Positions 41,501 to 50,399 of a stretch of 64,000 nt of DNA are shown one piece after another (the stretch's first letter is position 1; each line of letters begins with the position of its first letter). Source of the DNA: an uncultured delta proteobacterium. Its GTDB lineage: Bacteria > Myxococcota > B64-G9. The notes below the pieces were generated by a model. It searched no databases and had not been told where the DNA came from. It worked only from the letters and a program-made list of their open reading frames with translations. The DNA lies in the NCBI GenBank assembly GCA_963754925.1, contig CAVWHX010000004.1, forward strand, positions 992,001 through 1,056,000. Reading direction: 5' to 3'. The position numbers and the translations under genes are program-made.

Positions 41501-43077
41501 GCCAACCGTAGATGAATTTCAAGCGCCAGCGATTGATTGGCGGCCGCTTTGGCGGCCTCGGCCGTATGCGCCAGGGCTCGGGCCGCCCGCATCGGCTCAT
41601 CTAACCGACAAAAGACCTCGGCCAGTAATTGCCAGCCCCGGAGACTTCCCGGATCGTGAAGGAGGGCTATCTCCAGGTTTCGCTGGGCGCGTTTCAGGTC
41701 GGAACAGTGCTCGAGGTAGAGGGCCCCGACGCGAACGTGGCACTGCGCGAGCTCCAAAGCGTCTTTCACTCGTCCCGCGAGTCTCAAGTTCATGCGCAAC
41801 GCGCGGTAGGTGAGCTTTTGCTGGGTGTACAGTTCGATTAGGTTGCGCATGGCCTCTTGGTTGTCCGGTGCCAACCGTAACACCTTCTCCAGATCGGCGA
41901 TGGCTGCGTTCGGATCCCCCGCAGCCAGGAGCGCACCGGCCTTGAGATACGCGAGAACGGCATCCGCTCCTTCCCCAATTTTTTCACAGACCTCTCCGAC
42001 CTGTTCGAAAGCTCGCCCAGCGGCCGAGTCCTTGCGGCGCTCGAGAAGCACCGCCCGCGTCAACAATGCGAAGACGTTGTCCGGCAAGCTGGTTAGGGCC
42101 TCGCGCACCAAATCCTCAACCTCTTCAGCGCGCTCGGGTCGGCTGAGCCCAATCTCCAGCAGACGTTGAATTTTAACCGGATGGACGGGTTCGATCAGTG
42201 CGCCCTGCCCAAGGTACAGTTGGTGTGCACGGTCGATGTGGCCTTCCTGCAGCGCCTTCTCGGCGTCACGGAACGCCAGGCAGCCATCCCGGAAGATCAA
42301 CGCCCGCCGTTCATAGTTCGTCGCAGCGGCTGTGCCAATCGGGCTTTTAGGGTATGGCTCCGGCAACTCATCTCGAAAGCGCGCGCAACAGAGACGCAAC
42401 CGTCCGCCTTCAATCTCGAGTCGGTTAATCTGCAATCCAGACAGATCAGGGATCTTCCAGCCGTGTCTCGGCAGCAGCTGGCGCAGCAGCGCCCGCACCG
42501 GATGGCAACTAAAAATAAATCCGTCCGTGAGCTCAATCCCCAGAGGAGTAAGACTCCGGGCGAGCGGCAAGAGCAGGTGACTGACCGGAAATGGCAGCGC
42601 GCCAAACGCTCGGAGATCAAAAACAATCGCGCGGACAGCCAGATCGGGGCCTTCTTCAATGGTAAATCTCGCGGTGAAGGGGACCGTGCTATTACCCTGG
42701 CGGGTGTTCGCGCTCAACCACCCAATGCCCTTCTCAAGGGTTAGCGTTAGCCCTTCCCAACCGGCAGTTGCTTGGGCCAGGCGCTGTCGTAGGATTTCCG
42801 CCAGGGTATCTTGGGGCAGAACCAACACCAGAGTCCGCAATCGGCAACGGTGGTGGCAAAACTGCTCGGCGCCGCCGGTTACATCAAAAGGAAAGGACAC
42901 CTCGGGAACATCGAGCTCCAGCCGTTCGATCAGCAACCCGCCCGGCAGTTCGCGCCTGCTCAACGTTACCAAGGCCGCATTTTTTTGAAACTCGAGCGAA
43001 AAACCCAACGAATTACCGCCAGGCTTCCGCACACCCTTCAATGGAGAAAGGTTGCCGAGCTCATCCGCCATGTACAT
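35569..43077 (-). CDS. Giant TPR-repeat protein (2502 aa)
   Basis: Continuous ORF of TPR-like repeats with non-repeat N- and C-terminal domains. Confidence 0.88.
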   Translation of the reverse strand: MYMADELGNLSPLKGVRKPGGNSLGFSLEFQKNAALVTLSRRELPGGLLIERLELDVPEVSFPFDVTGGAEQFCHHRCRLRTLVLVLPQDTLAEILRQRLAQATAGWEGLTLTLEKGIGWLSANTRQGNSTVPFTARFTIEEGPDLAVRAIVFDLRAFGALPFPVSHLLLPLARSLTPLGIELTDGFIFSCHPVRALLRQLLPRHGWKIPDLSGLQINRLEIEGGRLRLCCARFRDELPEPYPKSPIGTAAATNYERRALIFRDGCLAFRDAEKALQEGHIDRAHQLYLGQGALIEPVHPVKIQRLLEIGLSRPERAEEVEDLVREALTSLPDNVFALLTRAVLLERRKDSAAGRAFEQVGEVCEKIGEGADAVLAYLKAGALLAAGDPNAAIADLEKVLRLAPDNQEAMRNLIELYTQQKLTYRALRMNLRLAGRVKDALELAQCHVRVGALYLEHCSDLKRAQRNLEIALLHDPGSLRGWQLLAEVFCRLDEPMRAARALAHTAEAAKAAANQSLALEIHLRLAQLWDEQLVDPANALLHYEQVLTAQPNHPQALFKVGVLAETLQQTDRAIEAFSELLEHQPLSSQLPLDLLKSANQRLARIYLNRPEGYGEARLCLTRYLELEPNDIEAWRDLERIERAEQSWPEVVRALCREAPLLVDPATASAVLLEAAQIAQQHLNDQERAQQVLRRALTLTPDSNAVLTQLARILREERRFDELVEVCARCAATEPDPQRQAAWLFERGRLLCEQLSNTQAGALDIAAALRLDPTNRAYAQHLLQIYRDEDRVDELVQLIATLDFSSWEVDEQVSSWMERAQLLGEQPAQSAEAIRSYHTALALAPSLLPAHRALADLHRHNHEWAQAKEALDQVLTLGSNELPASDLAIAHRQQAQVALELGDTTGAIDHLQAVMRTLPEDDETLSLLPMLLQQELRFEELAEFYTRRAEREQGEAAAALHMAAADLFGERLGQLEPAALHYQQAVAMAPDSLEAPTRLAALQRAYARVSRWDDVARVIRQHIELTSAAERIPMHMALAGILSLRLNDPEGAALQWEEALTVDPYYRPALLLLTRYRINHGQYRDALALGTRIQASPLPGPPLRREHQASLALDLARAAWAEQQREVAAQHYLAYLELESPQRIDGIEPEVFERLELTLSEHQRYQDLELLYRRWLDSTVLLERHPEIRRIRANLLFEFLDQPDQAIAVLEEQVQMQPDDQRAVDDLLHILRSTQGWSHLAQVLEDQWQQASYDGEKISRLAELADLCQNTLNRPEQAVLHYRELYERGHTPAAQHLLRLYRQLGMQRELADLLEQCAAADADSSTAVPLLHELGQVACDQLDDRSLALQAFQKEYTFAPSVELRDNILALLRENGDPEPLDKFLAACIVETEDTQERRNLLLEHAEVCLSRLDRTEEGVASLAEALAIAPDEALATRLFALYEQQENWQSAAQVQELLIQGAQDPAAQAQHWHQLGRLAHQRLAQPDRAAQAFSQAVNLAPERDEYWHDWLVLLEEQQSWQELANALVCRAQAAGATPQAKDYLSAAVDVAAQRLTDVAARNQILEQIVDRFQNLEDDDGAAKALSALLEQCDAGATAALSLRLGQLLLRADRLDEALVAFERARSADPSLRSAYQQLVQLQVKRDDQRALAQLMFDWAESPAALDEAAALYRQAANGFAALGDLPVAIEAIGKAITIEPDQIELYQSLGTWLSREGRFEELFETLQKQRELLNEREQQVAISFEMGRVCREHLHDQDRAAVNFEQCLSLEPNHPGALQALADIRYAQHDWKETAALDERLGDRVPSERQFVVEFRRGELAEQAQQPEEAIAHYQAAIASNPTFTPVRQRLISVLHSHGRHEEEIQNLKELISILPQDGFEDLAPALQRELGHAQRRLLRFDEAAQTFLAAHQAAPNDVETIRLLKDFYSSQSRWPEAIEFMQKELEHEPTADGAAERWCLLGDWCQLHTKDIEQAKRAYREALRLNAHLIEAHWKLWNLICQTTAGAELEQEAERLLKLPLELSHQLTIHHKIGQALIEAGEPLKALAHFEQIISLDPSKAEHYERAAGVAELAHCTLRQAELLETALGLRKKTSLTDESHFERLLKLAQLYHEQLRDPLRAIPFLKQAYQLRPHHGDLLPQLGALCAKSFETLPEAIEIFRKLLNAKPLAAAHYRILGQLEAARGEADRAAGYFTGLQILSPDDPEASRTIKHFGLAALPKRPLKASEWDQVILHTDADCLLQRILMVLAPYLEQLFAANFERFGFTRAADMPSVLPAVADMAEQAQLLISCRPCAMLVAPESTYQAFVESGEQPTILLSSRVVELSRDAELLFLISREVAKVAMGCVLLFKFSRMDLLQLFALLVRLACPEIEAPLLLPPSAPEYLEAIRGTIPAEALELTIPLIRRYAYDPQSHDFERWMTGVRRTADRVGLLACGDLNAALSVMTRFSSVAIGQEFKDIANRAALLERDADMLSLFNFAFSERYLSLRAAIITAEKS

Positions 43078-43219
43078 CCCTTATTGCAGGCTTACAGTCT
43101 CTTACCCATCGTACACTAGGAATACTATGAAGCTGACCGCACGTATGGTCAAGTTTTAACATGGATTATTAGATAGGGCCGGAAGTCCGTAATCGGGATA
43201 AACAGCGGATGAAAACGGT

Positions 43220-43248
43220 TTGACTATGCTTTCTAAGCATGTTAAGAA
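43220..43248 (+). promoter_or_regulatory. Putative sigma-70 promoter with palindromic operator
   Basis: TTGACT-17-TAAGAA with TG extension; ATGCTT-TCT-AAGCAT in the spacer. Confidence 0.45.
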
Positions 43249-43258
43249 CCTAACGAGG

Positions 43259-43422
43259 ATAGGAGATTCTTGCCGAGCAACGCGAGGCTTAGAATCTCTT
43301 ACCCCTTTAGGGGTAAGAATCCGTCCAGAGGATAAAGAGTTGTAAGCTTACTTCGTTCGCAAGAGTCTCTAACCCCCTTCGGGGATAAGAGACCGTAACT
43401 CGCTTCGCTCGTAACAGTCTCT
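43259..43422. repeat. Dispersed hairpin repeat, locus C (three units plus mini-hairpins)
   Basis: GGAGATTCT..AGAATCTCT; two reversed units; TTACCCC-TTTA-GGGGTAA and CCCC-TTC-GGGG linkers. Confidence 0.82.
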
Positions 43423-43441
43423 AAATTTCTTGAGGAGTTTA

Positions 43442-43729
43442 TTGGAGTTTCTTCTAGACAATAGTTCAATTCGACGGTTGCTGGTGTTATTCGGTGTGGT
43501 GCTCGCGCTCTACGCCGGGTACTTTGTGGTAGTATTTCTGTCTAATCAAGCGATGTTACGCTTAAGAGGGAGAAAAAAGAATACGCACCGTTTTTCTGGC
43601 GCCGGTAATGAACAAAACTATCAGGTTGCAAGCCTACTCAATCAGCCCGGCGTGGTAATGGGGATTCTGCTAGCGGCGGTGGTCGGACTTTTTGGCTTGT
43701 TGTTATGGATGACACAAGTTTCCTGCTGA
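43442..43729 (+). CDS. Small two-TM membrane protein
   Basis: Two hydrophobic segments; GAGGAG RBS before TTG 43442. Confidence 0.6.
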   Translation: MEFLLDNSSIRRLLVLFGVVLALYAGYFVVVFLSNQAMLRLRGRKKNTHRFSGAGNEQNYQVASLLNQPGVVMGILLAAVVGLFGLLLWMTQVSC

Positions 43730-43772
43730 CAACCGGTTGATCAGACACAAGGGACGACAAGGAGAACAATTC

Positions 43773-44294
43773 ATGAGCGCAGATAGCTATCGATTAGTGA
43801 TACTGTTCGACAGTGAAAAGAAAAAATTCATCGCCCGAATACCGGAGCTTCCGGATCTGCAGGTTGAGGGCGAAAATCGCGCCGAAGCGGTTTCTAGAAT
43901 TGAAGAGGCTCTTGAAGAAGCATTTCGTAAAGCCGCTTCGGATGGCAGGGAAATGCCCGCACCTATCGATCAGACGGAATTTACCGGGGAGCTGACACTC
44001 AAGGTGACGCCAACGCTGCACCGGGACTTGGCGTTTCTAGCTCGTCACGAGGGCGTTGATCTCAATCAGCTCGTCAGTGAATTACTCTCGGCAAGTGTCG
44101 CGGGTCGGGCCGTTCCTCGGACCGGAGGACACCGTCGCGACGAGCGTCGAGAAGGCAACGATCGCCGGCGCCCGCCGCGCGGCCAGGACTATTTCAATAT
44201 TATGGAAGACAAAGCGAGTTTCATCGACTACGTCCGCAAGCTCGATTCTGGGGGCGGGCCAAACCGACGCGGGGGCCGTGGGCGCGACCGATGA
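43773..44294 (+). CDS. HicB-family protein with Arg/Gly-rich C-terminal extension
   Basis: FIARIPELP..GENRAEA, FTGELTLKVTPTLHRDLA..EGVDLNQ; AAGGAG RBS. Confidence 0.8.
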   Translation: MSADSYRLVILFDSEKKKFIARIPELPDLQVEGENRAEAVSRIEEALEEAFRKAASDGREMPAPIDQTEFTGELTLKVTPTLHRDLAFLARHEGVDLNQLVSELLSASVAGRAVPRTGGHRRDERREGNDRRRPPRGQDYFNIMEDKASFIDYVRKLDSGGGPNRRGGRGRDR

Positions 44295-44301
44295 AGGAGT
44301 G

Positions 44302-44988
44302 CTACTTCTCTCCCCACACGGCCGATGCGCGAATTTCCGCTATTGACGTATCGTCAAACTGACCCTTGTAGACATCCTGGAGAATCAGCACGCCGACGTA
44401 TAGGGTGCGCGTCTCGATCGCCAATTCGGGAAGCCGGACGGGGATTTTCCGCTGCACCGGGGTGTTCTTATCCTTGAACGCGAAATCAACCCGCGAAAGC
44501 CACTTAAACGTCGGGTTGTATTCACCGTCTTCCTGTTTGAGCCTAACTAAATATACATCGACCACAACGGTTTTGGGTCGGTTGAAGTTTTCAAACTGTT
44601 CCTTGCCTGCGCCCGGAATGATTTCAATATGGGTGCTTTCGTCCGGAATGTGAAACACGATCCATTCATCTTTGCCCGGTCCCTTGGCTCCTTCGGCCCA
44701 GAATGTTTCCGGATTCCCATCGAATGCTTTCTCAACACTGTAGTACTCTTCCCCACGACCTTTTTCCACCAGGGTCGACGAGGCCACCGGAACACGCTCA
44801 TCCTTGGCAAGCTTCTTGAGGGCCTCAACGAAATCTTTCTTTGGGATTATTCTCGGTTCGTTGCTGGTCTCTGCTGTTTTCTTCTGAGGTGCGACCTTCG
44901 CAGGTTTTTGGGCACCAGACACCTTTCCGCTCAGAAACAGCCCCATTACCAAGAGTAGATAGGCAATTCTTGTCGATGACTGAATCAT
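44302..44988 (-). CDS. Secreted protein with discoidin/NADase-type glycan-binding-like domain
   Basis: Signal peptide; AFDGNPETFWAEG..GKDEWI, NRPK, VYKG..DTSIAEI. Confidence 0.65.
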   Translation of the reverse strand: MIQSSTRIAYLLLVMGLFLSGKVSGAQKPAKVAPQKKTAETSNEPRIIPKKDFVEALKKLAKDERVPVASSTLVEKGRGEEYYSVEKAFDGNPETFWAEGAKGPGKDEWIVFHIPDESTHIEIIPGAGKEQFENFNRPKTVVVDVYLVRLKQEDGEYNPTFKWLSRVDFAFKDKNTPVQRKIPVRLPELAIETRTLYVGVLILQDVYKGQFDDTSIAEIRASAVWGEK

Positions 44989-45005
44989 TATACTCCTCCC
45001 CGTGC

Positions 45006-45485
45006 TCACGGGTGTTTTAAGAAATCCCGCTCGAAGAGGCCATGGTTGCACTCTATGCGCAGCGTTTGTACTACTAGTTTTGCACTTGGTGGGTGTCTTA
45101 GGCGATCCGAAAATGCCGACAAGAAGAAGGGCATTTTCTTGCCGGCGCCAAGGGATGGATGGTGCGCGGTGTAGGTATGATTAAGGATGAGGTTAATATC
45201 TTTCCATTCATTGGTGCTCAAATTTGACACCAAAAAGAACCGCCCACCAATAATCTCGGCTTTACTGAGCGTCACCTCGGCATCGATCTGGTTGAGCTCT
45301 CCTCCCGGAATAAAGATGACGAGGGTAAGTACTGCTATCACCGCATATCCAGCAATCACAGCGGTTTTGTACTTGAAGTATTTATCGGACTTGCGGAAGT
45401 CTTCTATGAGTTGTATAGCAAATGAGCGAGCTAATCCCCACAAATCCAATAGGTTAGCCAGTATCGAATCAAAAAAGTCCTTCAT
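45006..45485 (-). CDS. Hypothetical membrane-anchored protein
   Basis: One TM helix; GAGGA RBS. Confidence 0.65.
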   Translation of the reverse strand: MKDFFDSILANLLDLWGLARSFAIQLIEDFRKSDKYFKYKTAVIAGYAVIAVLTLVIFIPGGELNQIDAEVTLSKAEIIGGRFFLVSNLSTNEWKDINLILNHTYTAHHPSLGAGKKMPFFLSAFSDRLRHPPSAKLVVQTLRIECNHGLFERDFLKHP

Positions 45486-45530
45486 GGATTAGTCCTCAAC
45501 CCTGGATCGTAAATAGTTTGCTTCCGCGTA

Positions 45531-46169
45531 TCAAGAGCCAGACAGAAAACCAGCGTTGTTCAGATATTCGATCACGTGCGGGTTGCCCCACGGTTTCGGC
45601 CCAATAAATTTGGCGCGCACCCTTCCCCTGGGGTTTATCCAGTAGCTCTCAGGATACTGGTATGTGCCAAATTGGCGTGCCGCATGCTCACCGGCGTCGA
45701 GCAGAACAAGAACATTGGGTTCTTTTCCCTGCAACATTTGTCCCACCGCTGCTAGGCCGACATGGGGCTGACTGACCCCGGCCTGCGTCAGTTCGCTGGC
45801 GAGGTTTCTGATTGCGTCGAACGATTCATCCACGCTCACCAACCACAGCTGCGCTCGACCCCGCACCGTTTGGGCGAACGCCAATAGTTGAGGCAGTTCT
45901 TGTAAACAGGGACTGCACCAGGTGGCCCATACATTGAGCAGTATCGGTTGGTCGCTCTTTTTGGAAAGCTTCACTGACCGGCCGTCGATGCTCGGAAGAA
46001 CAAGATCTGGCGCAGAGAAGTCCGTAGGTTGCAGATCGAGCAGATTGAGATCCTGGTTTGTGGGGGCGTTCTGGCAATCAGATACCCGCCGAGCAATCGT
46101 CAATGACACGAGAAGCACGGCCAATAACGCGAACGCTACGTGCGCCCAGCGGTTCAATGATTCCCCCAC
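45531..46169 (-). CDS. TlpA/ResA-family thiol-disulfide oxidoreductase
   Basis: N-terminal TM, NVWATWCSPC, YPESYWI. Confidence 0.88.
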   Translation of the reverse strand: MGESLNRWAHVAFALLAVLLVSLTIARRVSDCQNAPTNQDLNLLDLQPTDFSAPDLVLPSIDGRSVKLSKKSDQPILLNVWATWCSPCLQELPQLLAFAQTVRGRAQLWLVSVDESFDAIRNLASELTQAGVSQPHVGLAAVGQMLQGKEPNVLVLLDAGEHAARQFGTYQYPESYWINPRGRVRAKFIGPKPWGNPHVIEYLNNAGFLSGS

Positions 46170-47342
46170 ATGGGTATCAGGGTCTGCGCTAAACGGTGCC
46201 CCGCGGCGCCAGCCTCAAGCACCTCGCCGAGATCATGCGGTTTATGGGATTGGTAGGTCTCCGCCACCGCGCTGAGAATCTCGACGATCTGCGTGAAAAC
46301 GGATGCGCCCGGCCAAAAACGCTTCAACCACCGCTTCATCGGCCGCCGCAAGCGCGGCCGGAAGTGTCCCGCCAACCTCCAACGCATGACGACACAGTAG
46401 CAGCGCCGGAAAGGCTCGATGATCTGGTTCGCGAAAGGTCAGACACCCGAGCGTGGCGAGGTCAAGCCGCCCGAAGTTGGGCAGGCGCCCGGGAAGTTCC
46501 AGGCGCTCCGGAAAGCCCAGTGCGTAGGCGATCGGCCCGCGCATGTCCGGAATTCCGAGTTGGGCTAGTACCGATCCATCCTGCAACTCGACCATGGCAT
46601 GCACCACGCTCTCGGGATGGATGACGACCCGTATGCGATTGGGCGGCAGATCAAAAAGCCAGTGAGCCTCGATTACCTCAAAACCTTTATTCATAAGGGT
46701 TGCGCTATCAATCGTTATTTTCGCCCCCATTTCCCATTTTGGATGTGCCAATGCTTCGGCCGCGTCGACGTCACGCAATTGATCCGGCCTCCGGCCGAGG
46801 AGTGGCCCGCCCGAAGCGGTAAGAATCAAACTGTGGATCTTCCCCGGTTCAATCCCGGCAACGGCTTGGTGGATACCGGCATGTTCGGAGTCGACGGGCA
46901 GGATCGTGGCCTTGCGCTCCTTTGCCACCCGCATGATCAATTCGCCGGCCATGACCAACGATTCCTTGCTGGCGAGTGCTACGCGTTTACCGGCGGCAAC
47001 GGCCGCGTAGGTGGGTGCCAATCCAGCCTGACCAACAATCGCGGCCACGACCAGATCTACGTCGGGATGAGATGCCAGGGCTTCTAATCCGGCCTGCCCG
47101 GTGGCGATCGTATGAGACGGCAGGTTGAGTCGATCGGCGAGCTCGACCGCGGCCCGGTGATCTCCCATGGCCACAAACTGAGGACGATGGCGCTGCGCAA
47201 GCTCAGCCAGCGCGGCGGCGTTGCTTCCAGCGGAGAGAGCCACGACTTGGAACTTCTCGGGGAAGGCCGCGATGACATCCAGCGCTTGTCGGCCCACCGA
47301 GCCGGTCGCGCCCAATATGCCAATGCGGAGCATCCGGTTCAT
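46154..47342 (-). CDS. dxr: 1-deoxy-D-xylulose-5-phosphate reductoisomerase (+1 indel at ~46297)
   Basis: LGATGSVG, PVDSEH, LTASGGP, MGAKITIDSATLMNKG; C-terminus RIRF-TQIVEIL continues in another frame. Confidence 0.93.
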
Positions 47343-47343
47343 G

Positions 47344-48105
47344 TCACCTCCGTGCTACCGCGGTTTGCTCACTGGTCAAACCAAAACGCCGTTTGCGCCC
47401 CTGGTAGTCGGCAAGCGCTGCAAAAAACTCTGCCTGTCCGAAATCGGGCCATAAGACATCCGAAAAATAGAGCTCGGCGTACGCACCTTGCCACAAGAGG
47501 AAGTTCGAAATGCGTCTCTCACCGCCGGTCCGGATGATCAAGTCCGGATCGGGCAAGCCGCGGGTGAACAGAGTGTTTTGTACCGCGCGCTCGTCGATCG
47601 CTGCCGCTTTAAGTTGTTTCTTGAGCACGCGAACGGCAAGTTTTTGGGCGGCCCGGGCAATCTCATCCCGCGAGCTATAGCTGAGCGCCAAGGCCAGGGT
47701 CATCGAGCGGTTCTTGCGGGTGGCGCGGATTAATGAACGAAGTTTGGAAGCCACATCGGGAGGTGCTCGCCGGAGATCGCCCAGGTGCAACACCCGAATG
47801 TCGCGCTCCATGATCTCGCGCCATTCCTTGGTGATAAACTCAGAAAGCAGCTCCATCAAACTACGAACCTCGACTTCGGGCCGGCCCCAATTTTCCACCG
47901 AGAACGTGTACAAGGTTAGATACGGGATGTTGAGTTTACGACAGAGCCGCACCACCGTCCGCACGGCGCGGCTGCCGGCTCGATGGCCGTCCGAGCGCTC
48001 GAGGCCGCGTTGCTTTGCCCAACGCCCGTTGCCGTCCATTATGACTCCGATGTGGCGCGGCAAACGTTTTGGGTCAAACGGCAATCTACGTTGAGCGCGC
48101 ACCAT
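47344..48105 (-). CDS. uppS: Undecaprenyl diphosphate synthase
   Basis: IMDGNGRWA, FSVENW, IRTGGERRISNFLLWQ. Confidence 0.95.
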   Translation of the reverse strand: MVRAQRRLPFDPKRLPRHIGVIMDGNGRWAKQRGLERSDGHRAGSRAVRTVVRLCRKLNIPYLTLYTFSVENWGRPEVEVRSLMELLSEFITKEWREIMERDIRVLHLGDLRRAPPDVASKLRSLIRATRKNRSMTLALALSYSSRDEIARAAQKLAVRVLKKQLKAAAIDERAVQNTLFTRGLPDPDLIIRTGGERRISNFLLWQGAYAELYFSDVLWPDFGQAEFFAALADYQGRKRRFGLTSEQTAVARR

Positions 48106-48205
48106 CTACCAGACCTCGCCTTCGACAAACTCAACAGACACCACAACCGTTCCTTCCACGAACTGGTTATAGCCCAAAACAGGATTTTAACTGATAATTT
48201 TTTTC

Positions 48206-48300
48206 AGAAACTCTTAACCGAACGAAGTGAGGTTTAGAGTTTCTAGGAAATTCTTGCTTCACACAGTGAAGCTTAGAATTTCCTACCCCGTAGGGGATAG
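48206..48300. repeat. Dispersed hairpin repeat, locus D
   Basis: AGAAACTCT..GAACGAAGTGA..AGAGTTTCT; AGGAAATTCT..AGAATTTCCT; CCCC-GTA-GGGG. Confidence 0.8.
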
Positions 48301-48334
48301 AGATGGTGCGGATGGACAGGCTCTTCTCCCCGAA

Positions 48335-48892
48335 TCATACTTCCATAATCTCTTTTTCTTTTGCCGAAAGAATCTCGTCGATCTTCTTGATGGCATCGTC
48401 GGTTTCTTTTTGAACGCGCTCAAGCCCGTGTTTTTTCTCGTCCTCGGAGATTTCAGAGTCGTCCTCGAGCTGTTTAAGCAGCTCGTTACTCTCGCGTCGA
48501 AGATTGCGCATGCGCACCTTGGCATCCTCACCCATGCGGCGCGACATCTTGACCAACTCCTTGCGCCGTTCCTCGGTGAGAGCCGGAATGGGCAAGCGTA
48601 TAACTTCAGCATCGTTTTGGGGGGTTAGGCCGATTTCAGCCAGATTGATGGCCTTGGCAATCTCAATGATCTGTGATTTGTCCCACGGCTTGATGAGGAT
48701 CAGACGGGGGTCAGGAATTGAGATGGTCGCCACCTGATTGAGCGGCACGCGGGCGCCATAATAGGAAACCCGCACCGGATCCAGCACCGCCAGGTTGGCC
48801 CGCCCGGTCCGTATCCTGCCTAACTCCTTTTTGAACGCATCAAGTACCTTGGATTGATCGCCGATGAGACTTTTGAGTACGTCATCCACCAT
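48335..48892 (-). CDS. frr: Ribosome recycling factor
   Basis: IRTGRAN, PLNQVA, LTEERRKELVK, KEKEIMEV. Confidence 0.96.
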   Translation of the reverse strand: MVDDVLKSLIGDQSKVLDAFKKELGRIRTGRANLAVLDPVRVSYYGARVPLNQVATISIPDPRLILIKPWDKSQIIEIAKAINLAEIGLTPQNDAEVIRLPIPALTEERRKELVKMSRRMGEDAKVRMRNLRRESNELLKQLEDDSEISEDEKKHGLERVQKETDDAIKKIDEILSAKEKEIMEV

Positions 48893-48915
48893 AACGTGAC
48901 TCCTCCCCCAAAAAC

Positions 48916-49635
48916 CTACTGGACCACCGTACCAATATCTTCGCCGAGAATAACCTTGCGCGCGTTTTCCGCCGGTAACAATTTGAATACTATAATCGGC
49001 AGGCGGTTGTCCATGCACAGAGAGACCGCAGTTGCATCCATCACTTTTAGATCGCGCTTGAGCACCTCGGCGTACGAGAGCTTTGCGAATCTGCGGGCGC
49101 TGCGATCCTTGAGGGGATCTGAATCGTATACCCCATCGACTCGGGTAGCCTTCAACACCACCTCGGCCTTGAGCTCAATCGCCCGCAAGGCGGCCGCCGT
49201 ATCGGTGGTAAAGTACGGGTTGCCGGTGCCAGCCGCCAGAAGTAGTATCCGCCCCTTTTCAAGGTGACGAATACCGCGTCGACGGATATACGGTTCGCAC
49301 ACCTCGTCGATCGGCAACGCGCTCATCAGGCGGGTGGTGACGCCCGTTTTTTCTAAGCAGTCTTGCAGTGCCATGCAGTTGATAATAGTGGCCAGCATTC
49401 CCATGTAATCGCCCGTGGTGCGATCGATTCCGGCCTCGGCGGCTTTAAGACCACGGATGACGTTGCCACCACCGACCACCAACGTAAGCTCGACGCCCAA
49501 ATCATGTATTTCCTTGAGCTCAACGGCGAGCGCATTGAGCACGGTTGGCGAAAAGGTGTTATCGGTACCCTCGTTCTCGCCACGCAGTGCTTCTCCGGAC
49601 ATTTTTAGTAAAACGCGCTTGTATCGTGGGACCAT
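48916..49635 (-). CDS. pyrH: UMP kinase
   Basis: [30 protein letters not shown]. Confidence 0.96.
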   Translation of the reverse strand: MVPRYKRVLLKMSGEALRGENEGTDNTFSPTVLNALAVELKEIHDLGVELTLVVGGGNVIRGLKAAEAGIDRTTGDYMGMLATIINCMALQDCLEKTGVTTRLMSALPIDEVCEPYIRRRGIRHLEKGRILLLAAGTGNPYFTTDTAAALRAIELKAEVVLKATRVDGVYDSDPLKDRSARRFAKLSYAEVLKRDLKVMDATAVSLCMDNRLPIIVFKLLPAENARKVILGEDIGTVVQ

Positions 49636-49669
49636 GTACCTATCCAGAAGAATTAATTACACCCAATGC

Positions 49670-49695
49670 TGGATCCCCGCTTTCGCGGGGATGAC
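49670..49695. repeat. REP-like palindrome (TGAC-ended)
   Basis: TGGATCCCCGCTTTCGCGGGGATGAC. Confidence 0.7.
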
Positions 49696-49707
49696 ACAAA
49701 CTGCTAC

Positions 49708-50370
49708 CTATTTTTTCTTAGACGCTTCAATCTGCGCTGCGACCTCGGTCGCCAGGTCAATCTTCTTTTTTTCGATGCCTTCGCCGAGAACAAATCTGGC
49801 AAAACGCCGAATAGTAATATTCTCCCCTGTTGTTGCCACGAGTTTTTTACGCAATTCGTCGATGGTCTTGGCCGGTTCCTTGTTCCATGGTTGCATCAGC
49901 AAACAAATCTCGGAGTAAAGCTTAGATATTTTACCATCGACGATTTTATCGGCTATCTTCTCTGGTTTGCCTGAATCAACCACTTGCTTCCGGAAAATTG
50001 CGCGTTCCTGGGCAAGCCGCTCTTCCGGAATGTCCTCTGGCCTCACGAACTCGGGGTTACTGGCGCAGACTTGCAAAGCGATTTCATGGCAGAAATTCTG
50101 AAATTCCTCGCCCTTGGCGACAAAGTCAGTCTCACAGTTGATCTCAACCAATACTCCTATTTTGCCGCCCATATGCAGATAGGATTCAACCTTGCCCTCT
50201 GCAGCCACGCGACCGGTCTTTTTACCGGCCGAGGCCAGGCCTTTCTCGCGCAAGTACACTATGGCTTTTTCGAAGTCTCCGCCTGTTTCTTGAAGGGCGC
50301 GTTTACAATCCATCATTCCGGCCCCGGTTTTTTGGCGTAGCTCGTTTACTGTTTTTGCGTTGATTTCCAT
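49708..50370 (-). CDS. tsf: Elongation factor Ts (short form)
   Basis: LRQKTGAGMMDCK, NCETDFVA, GENITIRRF. Confidence 0.96.
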   Translation of the reverse strand: MEINAKTVNELRQKTGAGMMDCKRALQETGGDFEKAIVYLREKGLASAGKKTGRVAAEGKVESYLHMGGKIGVLVEINCETDFVAKGEEFQNFCHEIALQVCASNPEFVRPEDIPEERLAQERAIFRKQVVDSGKPEKIADKIVDGKISKLYSEICLLMQPWNKEPAKTIDELRKKLVATTGENITIRRFARFVLGEGIEKKKIDLATEVAAQIEASKKK

Positions 50371-50399
50371 GTGATGATCCTCGCTATGTACAGATCGCC

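Noticed and set aside
43259..43422. Clustered palindromes as a CRISPR array
   Set aside because: Units are diverged, in mixed orientation, lack unique spacers of constant length, and no cas genes are present
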